Notes: generated by a model from the sequence alone, not told the origin. 64,000 bases of DNA from Thermodesulfovibrionales bacterium (GCA_963715195.1 CAVQRT010000031.1:224001-288000); one strand, 5' to 3'; shown: positions 1 to 10,396, counted from the first letter of the stretch. Numbers and translations: made by a program.

Positions 1-631
1 TCATATAGAAGAACAGGCACGCAAGAAAGAAGAGCGAAAAGAGGGTGAAGAAACAGAATTCCCCGATAAGGGTCTTCTCATGCCGTTCCGAAACGAGATG
101 GCGGAGATCTCGGTAATCGCCAACTGCTGCTTCCCTATCAAAGATACCACCGTTTAAATAGGTGTTCATTACTCTTACCGCGATGACGTTATCGGTTTCA
201 AAGCGTATATATTCAGAGGGTATTTTATACAGCCTTTCTATTTTCGAAGCCTCAACGAACTGCTCCCCGATCACCCCCTCGCCTCCTATCCTGAAACCGT
301 TGAAAAATAATTCATCGGCATCTCCTATCCGCCCGAGAAAAATTGCGGGTTCGACATTCCGATAATCATCCGGGATCGTGCAGTGGATCCTATACCAACC
401 GATGCCACTTGAAGGCTTAATGTTCTGACTTTGCCACGTTCCAGGAATTATGATCAATTGCCATTGCGAGTCGTCGTATGTGGGTATGGCATAAACCGGA
501 CTGTCATCAGGAGAAAATTTATGGGTGCCGTCCAGGATAAGAGGTCCTGGGGAAGTCTGACCAGGCACTGCAATTGCAAAAGCAGACGCGAATGTTACAA
601 CGACGATAAAGAGAAAAGATCCTGTTTTCAT
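1..631 (-). CDS. Membrane sensor protein, 5' part only (signal peptide, sugar-binding jelly-roll extracellular domain, first TM helix; 7TM-DISM-like); runs off the window
   Basis: Not in ORF track. Manual translation from ATG at 631 is open to the edge: MKTGSFLFIVVV...DDSQWQLIIIPGTW...GIGWYR...LGRIGDADELFFNG...NVIAVRV...then a hydrophobic stretch. Confidence 0.65.
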   Translation of the reverse strand, partial: MKTGSFLFIVVVTFASAFAIAVPGQTSPGPLILDGTHKFSPDDSPVYAIPTYDDSQWQLIIIPGTWQSQNIKPSSGIGWYRIHCTIPDDYRNVEPAIFLGRIGDADELFFNGFRIGGEGVIGEQFVEASKIERLYKIPSEYIRFETDNVIAVRVMNTYLNGGIFDREAAVGDYRDLRHLVSERHEKTLIGEFCFFTLFSLFFLACLFFYM

Positions 632-741
632 GGGATACGCAATTCACAATGAGAGATTTTGATTTGCCAGGTGTTCCTCTACTGAAAGATTATAGCGTAT
701 TCCTTGTTCACTGGGGAAAAACCTGTTTATAAGCTAATTCT

Positions 742-1689
742 TTAGGGACTACTTACGAGAGCTATAGTTTGTTGTATGCATCGGTGAAGTACTGTTGAAC
801 TGACCCCTCCTAATATAAGATCTTTTAGAGCGGTGCGTCCTTTACGACCCATAATAATGAGATTGTAATCTTCTTCCGCTTCCTTAAGAATCTCCTCGGC
901 TGGTGTTCCTGACATGACCTTTGTTTTGATGAGTTCTTCGGGGACCTGTGCCTGTAAAAGAGTCGTTTTCGCTTCATTAAGTATTTTCTCAGCTTCCGCC
1001 TCAGGATCTATCCCTTCTTTCAGTTTTTTCAAATATAATGCCGGATTAATGACCTGAAGCAGGGTAATTTTCTCTATGAAGCTCTTTAATGAGCTGGCCA
1101 AGCAGGAAAGATGTTCCAATACCTTCAAAGAATAAAGTGAACCATCAATAGGAACGAGTATTTTAGAAATAGGACAAACCTTTTCTCGCATAACTTGGTA
1201 GCCTACTACATAAACAGTCTGTTTGGTTGCTGTATGGACAACCTTATTAGTAACACTACCCAAGAAGAATTCCTGTATTTTTGAAAGTCCTCTTCTTGCC
1301 ATGATTATAGTTGAAAAATGCTCTTTATCTGCTATCTTGACAATTTCATTTCCTGGATCACCATCCACTAATAATCTGCCAACCTCAATTTCAACCCCCG
1401 AATCCCTTAGGATCTTTTCACCTTCAACCAGGATAGGAATAAGATTTTCTTTAATATATGAGTCCCTTATCATTTCGAAGGTTTCTGGTTTCTCAGCAAC
1501 TTCGGCTCTGAGGTCAATTGAAGTCGCTGGACTAAGGTAGCTTCCTCCCGTAACGTTCAGTAAAGTAATATTTGAAAAACTCTTTGCTAACGATGCTCCC
1601 AGATACGCCGTGAACTGAACAGCCCGTTTTGAATGTTCGCTTTCATCTATTGGAAGCAGTATTCTTGGGATAGGACATTTTAGGTTCAT
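742..1689 (-). CDS. Tandem-domain universal stress protein
   Basis: Two USP domains (ILLPID...MARRG...LGSV; ILVPIDGS...MGRKG...LGGV). Confidence 0.92.
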   Translation of the reverse strand: MNLKCPIPRILLPIDESEHSKRAVQFTAYLGASLAKSFSNITLLNVTGGSYLSPATSIDLRAEVAEKPETFEMIRDSYIKENLIPILVEGEKILRDSGVEIEVGRLLVDGDPGNEIVKIADKEHFSTIIMARRGLSKIQEFFLGSVTNKVVHTATKQTVYVVGYQVMREKVCPISKILVPIDGSLYSLKVLEHLSCLASSLKSFIEKITLLQVINPALYLKKLKEGIDPEAEAEKILNEAKTTLLQAQVPEELIKTKVMSGTPAEEILKEAEEDYNLIIMGRKGRTALKDLILGGVSSTVLHRCIQQTIALVSSP

Positions 1690-1727
1690 ATTAATTCAGC
1701 TCCATCATTTTTAATTATAGTATATGT

Positions 1728-3566
1728 TTAGATGAATAAGTAAACCGCAAGATAAAAAAGGATCAAGATAAAAGCTAAGAGAACGCCGAGACCTATCGGC
1801 TTTTGAGGCATGTCTGCGCCATATTCTCTTCCTCTTTCACTAATTTCTTGAAGACGTCTGAATTTGAATTCTATATCAGCAAGGTTATTTCTTGAACGCT
1901 GACTTTTATCAGCATGCAGGAGTGCCTTAGCGAATTTAAGATGGATATACCGTATCGCTAACTCGGGGATGAGAATCGGATCCCCGCTCACTTTTGCAAC
2001 AGAATTTACTAATCTCGATAAGGAATTTTGTACGCTGAGCCTGACACTATTCAGAGGAACATTGCAAAACCGAAGAAATGCAACACCTGCTTTTCTGTAA
2101 AACCAGTCAGCATCAAGATTGATAGCCCTTTTTTCAGAAGGATAGATTCCCGAAAGCAAAAGGAGGCTGAATGCTAATATTGCAAAGAGAAGAACCTGCA
2201 ATTGAGACATAACATGGGCAATGGTATATGGTTGATAATCTACAGGATATGGGAGAAGACTGTATAATGATCCCGGAAATACACCAATGAAAATGCATAA
2301 AAAGGCAGCTATTCCCATAGCAACAAGCATATTCAGAGGGGCTTCTTTTGTTCGTATGCCAGAGTCATGGGAGAAAAATGCAAAAAAGGGAATCTTGATG
2401 CCAGCATGTTCTAGCACTCCTACCGAGGCTATGAGTAATATAAACCAGATGATGGTCAAGTGCTCTCTTCCGACAGCTTCCATAATCATCGTCTTGGTTG
2501 CAAAAGCTGTGAAGAGTGGAAAAGCAGAGATCGATGCATTTCCTACGATACATAATATGCATGTAAGTGGCATGCTCTTATACAAACCACCAAGATCTGT
2601 ACAATTTATTTTTCCTGTCCGGTACAGGATAGCCCCCATAGCCATGAAAAGGAGTGATTTAAAAAGGATATTGGCAAAGGCATGTGCAACGGCACCGTTC
2701 AGCGCCAACTGAGTGCCTATTCCGATGCCCACAACCATGAAACCGACCTGGTTAATAATGCTGTAAGAAAGTATCCTCCTGAGATTATTTTCGATGACAG
2801 CAAAAAAGATTGGAAACGCTGTCATTATAGCGCCGATCCAGATGAGAATTTCGGTTCCCGGAAAACCTCTTGCTAACGCATACACTGCACACTTCGTAGT
2901 AAATACACCCAGAAATATCGTTCCGGTAACAGTTGATTCTGGATAGGCATCTGGAAGCCACGCATGCAGTAAAGGCCATGCACAATTGATGCCGAATCCA
3001 ATGAATATGAGGTAAGAGCCTAATCCATTTAATCCGATAAAACCGAACTCAATAGAGCCTGTATTGTATAACTGTATAAGGATGCCCGCTAAAAGACAGA
3101 TTCCCCCGAAAATATGCACTAAAAGAAATCTGAATCCTGCGGCGATAGCCCGGTTTGTTCTACTTGCCCAGATAAGAAAAGTTGCAGTAACAGCCATGAT
3201 TTCCCAGAAGATAAAGAGGGAGAATAAATCTCCGGCAAAAATGACACCCAGGGATGCCCCTGCATAAAGGAGAGCTGAGACATGTTGCATATTGTCTTTT
3301 ACATGGATGGCGTAAAGGATTGCAATAAATGATATGAGATGGAAAGCATACCCGAAGAGCATGCTGAGTTTGTCCATCCTACCAAAGACAAGCTCATAAT
3401 CAAGAAACCTGATTACAAAATGAGTGCCTTCTGGAATATTAAGCAGGTTTATAAATCCAATGATTGGCAAGAGCAAGAGATATGCGCTCTTGAGCGGTCC
3501 CCTTAATAATGGTATGAGTAGTGCACCAAGGATAAATATTACTGCTGGCGGTACTGCACTAATCAT
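1728..3566 (-). CDS. mrpD: Mrp Na+/H+ antiporter subunit D-like (third paralog)
   Basis: Proton-antiporter fold motifs (FIFWE, LHAWLPDAYP, LSYSIINQVG); Mrp operon context. Confidence 0.85.
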   Translation of the reverse strand: MISAVPPAVIFILGALLIPLLRGPLKSAYLLLLPIIGFINLLNIPEGTHFVIRFLDYELVFGRMDKLSMLFGYAFHLISFIAILYAIHVKDNMQHVSALLYAGASLGVIFAGDLFSLFIFWEIMAVTATFLIWASRTNRAIAAGFRFLLVHIFGGICLLAGILIQLYNTGSIEFGFIGLNGLGSYLIFIGFGINCAWPLLHAWLPDAYPESTVTGTIFLGVFTTKCAVYALARGFPGTEILIWIGAIMTAFPIFFAVIENNLRRILSYSIINQVGFMVVGIGIGTQLALNGAVAHAFANILFKSLLFMAMGAILYRTGKINCTDLGGLYKSMPLTCILCIVGNASISAFPLFTAFATKTMIMEAVGREHLTIIWFILLIASVGVLEHAGIKIPFFAFFSHDSGIRTKEAPLNMLVAMGIAAFLCIFIGVFPGSLYSLLPYPVDYQPYTIAHVMSQLQVLLFAILAFSLLLLSGIYPSEKRAINLDADWFYRKAGVAFLRFCNVPLNSVRLSVQNSLSRLVNSVAKVSGDPILIPELAIRYIHLKFAKALLHADKSQRSRNNLADIEFKFRRLQEISERGREYGADMPQKPIGLGVLLAFILILFYLAVYLFI

Positions 3567-3801
3567 AGTAATCCTCTTTTCTCTGTAAAAGAGGCCTTAG
3601 AATATGTTTTGCCAGTATAACGATGAGAGCGTAAGCAACAAAACCAAAAACCGCATAAAACTCGGGCCACTTTTCCCATGGAAAAATCGGATGCTTAGCG
3701 ATGAAGAAATCAAGAATCAGAAGTACGACGAGAACGACCCAGAAAACACGGAGTATTTTTAATACATTTTCAAATTTATCCAAAAAATATTTTTTCTGCA
3801 A
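3559..3801 (-). CDS. Small 2-TM membrane protein of the Mrp cluster
   Basis: 80 aa, two hydrophobic helices, C-terminal R-x-E-D-Y-Y-D; overlaps the downstream mrpD start. Confidence 0.75.
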   Translation of the reverse strand: MQKKYFLDKFENVLKILRVFWVVLVVLLILDFFIAKHPIFPWEKWPEFYAVFGFVAYALIVILAKHILRPLLQRKEDYYD

Positions 3802-3820
3802 CAGAATCCCCTTTACTTGT

Positions 3821-3940
3821 TCAAACAGTATTAATGAGAATCACAGCTAGATAGATAATGAATACAACAAAAACGATGAGAAAGATTTTCTTGTATCCTG
3901 GTACGGCTTCATGATGAAGTTCCTGTAAGTCCTCTTTCAT
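3821..3940 (-). CDS. 39-aa single-TM microprotein in the Mrp operon
   Basis: MKEDLQELHHEAVPGYKKIFLIVFVVFIIYLAVILINTV with GGAGGG SD upstream; fills the gap between co-oriented genes; below ORF-track cutoff. Confidence 0.6.
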   Translation of the reverse strand: MKEDLQELHHEAVPGYKKIFLIVFVVFIIYLAVILINTV

Positions 3941-3967
3941 GAGCAACCCTCCATAATACTTTTTTAA

Positions 3968-5458
3968 CTAACCCCCCACTATGCTTTTGACGGCAATGTT
4001 AACGATCTTGACGAAAGGGAGGAGTGCATTTGGAAAAATCCCCAGTACCAAAGAGATAGCGGCTGTTGCCGTAAGGGGAATTACCATAAACATAGATGCC
4101 TCATTAAAATGTGGATTCGTATTTTCCTGTGGTTGTTTAAAGAAAGCACGATATACTATAGGAAAGAAGAAAGCAGCATCTAAGAAGGCACTGGTAAGGA
4201 AAATGAAAAGAAAGAATATTGCGTTTGCCTCAAGTGTACCAAGGCATAAATACCATTTACTGATGAAGCCGCAAATGGGTGGGATCCCAGATACACCCAT
4301 AGCACCTATGGCAAATGCACCAAAAGTTAATGGCATCTGCCTCCCTAATCCATCGAGTTCACTTACATTCTGTTTATGAGTCTTTACATAGATAGCTCCG
4401 GCAACAAAGAACAACGTAATCTTCATGAAACCGTGATAGGCCAAATGAAGCATCCCACCTTTTATTGCACTGCTCGAAAGAAGAGCTGCTCCCAGTATGA
4501 TAATGGAGAGATTATTTATGGTTGAAAAAGCGAGCCTCCTCTTGATATTATCCTGCGCCAAAGCAAAAAAACAGCTCACAATTATGGTAAACGAGACGAA
4601 ATATGCTAATATTAACCAAAGACCCATATCATGGAGCAAGTCCGGCCCAAATACATAAAGGACGACTCTCAGCACGCAGAATACACCTGCCTTAACAACA
4701 GCCACAGCATGCAGGAGGGCACTTACCGGTGTTGGAGCAACCATAGCGGTTGGAAGCCACTCATGGAAAGGCATCATTCCTGCCTTTACACCGAATCCCA
4801 AAACCAATGCTATAAAGAGAAACTTCAGCATATCTGCTGAGGCGTGACCTGCGATAAAACCGCCTGGTCTAAAATCGAGCGTACCAGTCAGATAATATGT
4901 TGTTGCTATTGCTAAAAGGATTACTACTCCTGCTGTTAATGTGTAGGTTAGGTATTTTCTGCCACCCTTTATGGCCTCTGGTGTTTCTTTATGAGATACC
5001 AGAGGATATGTAGCCATTGTCAATGTCTCATAGAAAATAAAGAGAGTGAGGAGATTGGCAGAAAATGCAATGCCTAAGGTGGCAAAAAGGGCTATGGCAA
5101 AACAGAAAAAATATCTGGTCTGAGCATGTTCATTCATACCCCTCATATAACCAATTGAGTAGAAGGAAGTAGCTATCCAAAGGGTTGATGCGAGAATAGC
5201 GAATAAAAGACCAAAGGCATCTACCCTGAATTGAAATAATAGACCCGGGGCTAAGGATATAACAGTATACTCAATAACATTTCCTTTGAGAATAGTTGGA
5301 ATCATGGAAGCAACGATTATGAATTTAGCCACTGAAGCTAATATTGTCCATGTCTCCCTGAGGTTCTTTGACCGCTCTCCAGTAAGAAGAATAAGAAAGG
5401 CTGCAGTAAGAGAAACCAAAATAGCTAACAATGGCTTTATTGAACTTACAACTTCCAT
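3968..5458 (-). CDS. mrpD: Mrp antiporter subunit D-like
   Basis: FIFYE, GVKAGMMPFHEWLPTAMVAPTPVSALLH motifs. Confidence 0.88.
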   Translation of the reverse strand: MEVVSSIKPLLAILVSLTAAFLILLTGERSKNLRETWTILASVAKFIIVASMIPTILKGNVIEYTVISLAPGLLFQFRVDAFGLLFAILASTLWIATSFYSIGYMRGMNEHAQTRYFFCFAIALFATLGIAFSANLLTLFIFYETLTMATYPLVSHKETPEAIKGGRKYLTYTLTAGVVILLAIATTYYLTGTLDFRPGGFIAGHASADMLKFLFIALVLGFGVKAGMMPFHEWLPTAMVAPTPVSALLHAVAVVKAGVFCVLRVVLYVFGPDLLHDMGLWLILAYFVSFTIIVSCFFALAQDNIKRRLAFSTINNLSIIILGAALLSSSAIKGGMLHLAYHGFMKITLFFVAGAIYVKTHKQNVSELDGLGRQMPLTFGAFAIGAMGVSGIPPICGFISKWYLCLGTLEANAIFFLFIFLTSAFLDAAFFFPIVYRAFFKQPQENTNPHFNEASMFMVIPLTATAAISLVLGIFPNALLPFVKIVNIAVKSIVGG

Positions 5459-5467
5459 CTTCTCCCC

Positions 5468-6970
5468 TTAAAAACTCGCTGGAACTGCAAATTGAATTAT
5501 CGTTGAGATAATCTTTCCACTAAAAATACCCAACGTGAGTATCCCTGCAACCGTTATGAATATTGGTACGAGCATGCTTAATGGTGCCTCATCCATGGGA
5601 ATCTTTTTATGTGTTTTTCCATTATGTTCATGTTCATGAACGGCAATGCGAGGCTCGAAATACACATTCTCAATAATTTTGAAAAATACGAGGGCACTTA
5701 AAAGACTGCTCAATATGAGAGCCACTGCAAATGCCCACTGTTGAGCATCTATTGCACCTAAGATCAAATACCACTTACTGAAAAAGCCACACGTAGGCGG
5801 TATGCCTATAACGGAAAGGGCAGCTATAGTGAATGCAGCCATGGTAAATGGCATCTTTCTGTGGAGATACTTGAATTTTGTGATGTCCCTTGAGCCTGTC
5901 TTATACATGATGGCCCCTCCCACTAAAAACAGACATGCCATCATAAAGGCATCATTCAGAATGTGGAGGATAGCTCCTGTAAGCCCCATTCGATTTGCTA
6001 CGCTGACACCCAATACTATGTAACCCACCTCGGCGATTATGATGTAACAGAAAATCCTTTTCAGATCATATTGAGCAATTGCCATTATGCAACCGAACAT
6101 CATAGCAGCAACAGCCACCCAGCCGAGTATAGTTGTAAGCGGTATAATTTCGATAGAATAATATGGTTTAAACACGGTAAACATGATTCTTATCAGCACA
6201 TAAGCACCTACTTTCGTCATTGTAGATGCAACTAATGCACTCACTGTTGAAGGGGCATAAGTATATGCATCGGGCAGCCATACATGTAATGGAAAAAGTG
6301 CCATCTTTATTGCCACTCCCACTATAAAGAAAGAGAAAGCAACTAAGATAACCTTAGAAAGATATAACTTGGGTAACAGCTGGGTGAGATCAGCCATATT
6401 AAGTGAACCGGTAACTATATATAGGTAGCCAACCCCAAGAAGATAAAAACATGCACCAACTGTTCCTATGACTACGTATTCAAAACTGGCAAGCGGGGAT
6501 CTCTCTTCTCCCAGGGCAATTAAAGCATATCCTGCAAGTGATGCGATTTCCAAGAATACATAGAGATTAAACATATCACCTGTTATCACTATTCCTAACA
6601 GTCCTGTCACCAGCAAAAGAAAGATAGAATAGAAGTAGACAGTCTTTCCCGGCAACTCCTGTTCAATGCTTTTCTTTGAGTAGATAGCTACGAGAAGGCT
6701 GATAAACGATACAATGACCAGTACAAAGGCATTGAGGTGGTCTACGACATATTCTATTCCCCATGGAGGCTCCCAATTACCGAGTCTGTAATGAATGGTA
6801 CCGGTCTTTATGACTGTGCCTAATGTAGTAAATGATGAAAGCGTGCACAAACTGAGGGCTAAAAGTACCCAAGGGTAGCAAAATCCTCTTCTCGTCCAAC
6901 CAATCAGGAGATTTATAAGAGAGGCAATCAGAGGAATGACTATGATAAGAGCTGGAGCCTGTGAGGTCAT
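5468..6970 (-). CDS. mrpD: Mrp antiporter subunit D
   Basis: DMFNLYVFLE, KMALFPLHVWLPDAY motifs. Confidence 0.9.
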   Translation of the reverse strand: MTSQAPALIIVIPLIASLINLLIGWTRRGFCYPWVLLALSLCTLSSFTTLGTVIKTGTIHYRLGNWEPPWGIEYVVDHLNAFVLVIVSFISLLVAIYSKKSIEQELPGKTVYFYSIFLLLVTGLLGIVITGDMFNLYVFLEIASLAGYALIALGEERSPLASFEYVVIGTVGACFYLLGVGYLYIVTGSLNMADLTQLLPKLYLSKVILVAFSFFIVGVAIKMALFPLHVWLPDAYTYAPSTVSALVASTMTKVGAYVLIRIMFTVFKPYYSIEIIPLTTILGWVAVAAMMFGCIMAIAQYDLKRIFCYIIIAEVGYIVLGVSVANRMGLTGAILHILNDAFMMACLFLVGGAIMYKTGSRDITKFKYLHRKMPFTMAAFTIAALSVIGIPPTCGFFSKWYLILGAIDAQQWAFAVALILSSLLSALVFFKIIENVYFEPRIAVHEHEHNGKTHKKIPMDEAPLSMLVPIFITVAGILTLGIFSGKIISTIIQFAVPASF

Positions 6971-7371
6971 TCTCTTAGTCTCGAGCTTTCTAAAGCTTCA
7001 AATATTTCGTCTTCCTCTAAGGTTCCATATTTCCTATAAAGCAGAATTAACAATGCAAGGGCAACTCCAAAAGTACTAACCATAACTACTATGGCTGTAA
7101 GCATGAGAACATGAGGGAGGGGATTGATATAATGAGCAACATTTACTGCATGGTGTGCAATATCTCCGTGTCCATGCTCAATAATAGGGATGGTAGCACC
7201 ACTTTTTGAACCGGTAGAAACAAAAAAAAGTATTATTGCTGTCTGAAATATGTTCATCCCAACGAGTTTTTTCGCCAGATTCTTCTTGGCTATCATGGCG
7301 TAAAATCCTATCATCATTAGGATTATGTATACCCAGTAATTGTATTTACCAATAATGAAATCTAAATCCAC
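6967..7371 (-). CDS. mrpC: Mrp antiporter subunit C
   Basis: NPLPHVLMLTAIVV motif, 3 TM. Confidence 0.92.
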   Translation of the reverse strand: MDLDFIIGKYNYWVYIILMMIGFYAMIAKKNLAKKLVGMNIFQTAIILFFVSTGSKSGATIPIIEHGHGDIAHHAVNVAHYINPLPHVLMLTAIVVMVSTFGVALALLILLYRKYGTLEEDEIFEALESSRLRE

Positions 7372-7865
7372 TATTCCGGTAACTCCTCTGCCTCTTCATG
7401 TTCACCGCCAGAAGCAATATTAAAGAAGATAGATACCATAACAGCCATTACTGCGATTCCTACACCGATCTCAACACCTAAAATACCCAGAGATCTTGCA
7501 TTCGCGGGATCTACAGGAAGTATTCTATGGAGTATGCCGTAATCGAGGTAATTCGAACCGAGTATTAGGCATAACAGCCCAATTCCTGAATATATGATTA
7601 CACCGAGACTACAAAAAGCAACATTCAACTTTTCACTCATTCGTCTCTTCGTTTCTTTCAGGTCAAAGGCGATAACTAATAAGATGAAGCTTGCAGCAAG
7701 GATACAGCCGCCCTGGAACCCCCCGCCGGGACTGTGATGTCCATGGGCAATGACGTAAAGGGCAAAGAGCTGTATGGGTGGTACGAGGAGCCTGCATATG
7801 GTCTGTATGATTACATCTTCAAAACGACCGATCATTTTCTTGACCTCCGTAAAAGCAACATGCAT
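7371..7865 (-). CDS. mrpB: Mrp antiporter subunit B (MnhB domain)
   Basis: GHHSPGGGFQGG motif; true start may be the ATG at ~7835. Confidence 0.9.
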   Translation of the reverse strand: MHVAFTEVKKMIGRFEDVIIQTICRLLVPPIQLFALYVIAHGHHSPGGGFQGGCILAASFILLVIAFDLKETKRRMSEKLNVAFCSLGVIIYSGIGLLCLILGSNYLDYGILHRILPVDPANARSLGILGVEIGVGIAVMAVMVSIFFNIASGGEHEEAEELPE

Positions 7866-8104
7866 ACAACACCAGCAGTAAAGATCACCGTAGTTTCACC
7901 TAATGTATCATAGCCTCTATAGTCAGCAAGCACTGAAGTAACCGCATTGGGAGTTGCTGTTTCCTCGATCGTCTTTTCGAGATATCTAGGGGAAACATGC
8001 GTGTTCGCAGGGGAATTCGGATCTCCCCAATCGGGCATGTCCACTGTGGCATACATGAGCAAGGCTCCTGTTATGAGCACAACAATAAATGCAAAAAACT
8101 TCAA
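7832..8104 (-). CDS. MrpB N-terminal/MbhE-like subunit
   Basis: PNAVTSVLADYRGYDTLGE motif; likely TTG start at 8104 overlapping the upstream stop rather than the track start at 8227. Confidence 0.82.
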   Translation of the reverse strand: MKFFAFIVVLITGALLMYATVDMPDWGDPNSPANTHVSPRYLEKTIEETATPNAVTSVLADYRGYDTLGETTVIFTAGVVCMLLLRRSRK

Positions 8105-8346
8105 TCCTTTGTCCTCCTCGTAGTGAGGTATATTGCACCGAAAAAGAAGGCCGTACTGATACCTGCCCCAACAGCAGCTTCGGTAAAGGCAACATCCACC
8201 GCGCCCATTTCTGTCCAGAGAAGGCACATTAAGAAACTATATGCACCGAGAAGCACAGCTGAACTGAGAAGATCCTTAACTGTAATAGCTGCTAAAGCAC
8301 AGAGTACCACGAGAAAAAGGATAATAATATCCAACTGCCAAATCAT
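8101..8346 (-). CDS. DUF4040/MbhD-like Mrp subunit
   Basis: AVDVAFTEAAVGAG motif. Confidence 0.85.
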   Translation of the reverse strand: MIWQLDIIILFLVVLCALAAITVKDLLSSAVLLGAYSFLMCLLWTEMGAVDVAFTEAAVGAGISTAFFFGAIYLTTRRTKD

Positions 8347-8669
8347 TTAGATGAGTCCTCCTTTGTCCATGGCTTTACATCACAGTCCAAGCCTGCTTTA
8401 GTAATGGCATGGGTGGCAGTAGGGTTGGCCACGAAAATAAAAATTGCAATAAACATTAACTTAATGCTCACGAGGATGGTATCCAATGAAATTTCGTAAA
8501 GCAGGTTGAAAAGTGCCAGACCGATAAATGACAAGAAAGCTCCAAGGGTATCGCCCTTGCCAGTAGCATGCATCCTTGTATAGAAATCAGGAAACCGTAA
8601 AAGTCCAAGAGTTGCAGTTCCGAAGAAAAATGTTCCTGTAATGATAAAAATTATAGCTATTATATCCAC
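8343..8669 (-). CDS. mrpG: Mrp antiporter subunit G
   Basis: RFPDFYTRMHA motif. Confidence 0.92.
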   Translation of the reverse strand: MDIIAIIFIITGTFFFGTATLGLLRFPDFYTRMHATGKGDTLGAFLSFIGLALFNLLYEISLDTILVSIKLMFIAIFIFVANPTATHAITKAGLDCDVKPWTKEDSSK

Positions 8670-8978
8670 CTATTTAGTTACTTCCCTCTCTTTATAATAT
8701 TTTGCCCCTGGGGCAATACTCCTCCGTTTACGAAAGAATTTTGATGCAGCCATGGTCGCAATAAAATTTAATAAAGCATACGCAAGGGCAATATCCACAA
8801 ACATATCTACCCTCTTATAAATAAGACCAATAAGAATTAGGATAACCGTCGTCTTGGTGCCGATGACGCTGACACTTATTATCCTATCTAAAACTGTTGG
8901 CCCGAATATACCTCGATAGAGACAGAGCAGAGCCAGACAACCCAATATCAGACTAATAAGTAGAAAGAAGTTTTCCAC
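8670..8978 (-). CDS. mrpF: Mrp antiporter subunit F
   Basis: GPTVLDR...DIAL motif. Confidence 0.92.
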   Translation of the reverse strand: MENFFLLISLILGCLALLCLYRGIFGPTVLDRIISVSVIGTKTTVILILIGLIYKRVDMFVDIALAYALLNFIATMAASKFFRKRRSIAPGAKYYKEREVTK

Positions 8979-8979
8979 C

Positions 8980-9459
8980 TTAATCCTCCATGAATACGTG
9001 GGCTACTCTATTTTCCATTTCACCACTCAAAAGGTCATCTGCTACCTTCTTACTCAGAGCATGAACATAGAATTCCCCTTCCTGAATATCTGCTGAAATA
9101 GTGCCAGGTGTAAGAGTAATAGAATTAGCAAAAGCTACCACTGAAATATCCTTTTTCAATTTTGTCTTAAACTTAATTATCTTAGGATCTATTGGCATCT
9201 TCGGATTCAAGACCAATGACGCAACATGTATGTTTGCTAATACTATCTGATAAAGGAGCCAAGGTATATATTTAAATAACCTTATAACCTCTGTAATATC
9301 TCTAGAAGAAAATTTCTTGCGTGTGAACAAAAGATCATGAGAAATATATGTTACAAGGCTGCATGAGATGAATCCTAAGGAAAGGTGGAATGCGTCAAAT
9401 TTACCTGACCAAATCATCCAATGAAGATATAATATGATAAATGTTATGATATACTTCAT
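8980..9459 (-). CDS. mrpE: Mrp antiporter subunit E
   Basis: ANSITLTPGT motif. Confidence 0.92.
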   Translation of the reverse strand: MKYIITFIILYLHWMIWSGKFDAFHLSLGFISCSLVTYISHDLLFTRKKFSSRDITEVIRLFKYIPWLLYQIVLANIHVASLVLNPKMPIDPKIIKFKTKLKKDISVVAFANSITLTPGTISADIQEGEFYVHALSKKVADDLLSGEMENRVAHVFMED

Positions 9460-9558
9460 TTATCTCTGGCCTTTCAGCTTTATCCTGTCTTTAATGTTTC
9501 AAGAATGTACATAATTTGTAGAAAATTATCAATAAAAAAATACTTACAAACCACCAGT

Positions 9559-10272
9559 TTAAGTAGTTATATTTTTTCTCTTACCGTTAACGACAGTGTA
9601 CGTTACTGAAGGCCATACATAATTTCCCTCGGGCCCGTGTATCTGTATGCCGGTGATAAACGCATAATCACTGTGTTTGGTATTGACGGTCCCGCCGAGA
9701 GCACTCTCAAAGTCTTCTTTGATCGTCTTCAGGGTTATCTTTGTCAGTTCCATGAGGTCGGGGATATGTCCGTACGGCATCTCTCGCAGGAGCCTAGTCC
9801 TGATCAGACTCAGTTCGACATCCTCATTGTCCATTGAGAGATTCGGTTTTCTGCTTTTCAATTCCCCAAGAAAGACATTCAGTGCTCCGCACGCATTTGA
9901 TGCCTCGGTTCTGCCTACCCTTTTACATACCCCTAACTGGCCCTTCGGTCCGATTGCTATATGAGGCAGGGCATAGAATACATACCGTTCCTTGCCCTTC
10001 ACAATCGGCGCATGATGCATAGCCGCTTTTAAAGCTGTTTTCCCCGCAAAAAACATTGCTGCGAGGCTGCAGAGGTTGAACGCCTCCCCCCAGTGCTCTC
10101 TAATGAGCGCAACCAATGGCTGTGAAATCTCGTCCCTGCAAACATCGACAGCGGCTATGGTATTGTCGGCATCAAACCCTGATTTGTTCAGAATCTTGTA
10201 AGTCTTCTCCACGAAATCAGATTCGGTATACACCTTTGCGAAATATGTTTTTAGAATATCTTCAAATCCCAT
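9559..10272 (-). CDS. LCIB/LCIC-family (theta/beta-like) carbonic anhydrase
   Basis: Putative Zn ligands in CRDE, PHIAI and ACGAL plus C-terminal GIQIHGP, as in the LCIB_C_CA family. Confidence 0.8.
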   Translation of the reverse strand: MGFEDILKTYFAKVYTESDFVEKTYKILNKSGFDADNTIAAVDVCRDEISQPLVALIREHWGEAFNLCSLAAMFFAGKTALKAAMHHAPIVKGKERYVFYALPHIAIGPKGQLGVCKRVGRTEASNACGALNVFLGELKSRKPNLSMDNEDVELSLIRTRLLREMPYGHIPDLMELTKITLKTIKEDFESALGGTVNTKHSDYAFITGIQIHGPEGNYVWPSVTYTVVNGKRKNITT

Positions 10273-10396
10273 ACATCCTCCCTAAATTTATGTTTAAAAG
10301 TTAAATGCTCCATTGTTTAACAGTTCTTTACGAAATAGCCTTAAGCCGCTAAACCATTCCATTGAACTTTTAACCCATTGAACATTCAACCTTTTT

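Noticed and set aside
1728..9459. Mbh/Ech energy-converting hydrogenase
   Set aside because: Only antiporter-type subunits; no NiFe or Fe-S subunits in the operon
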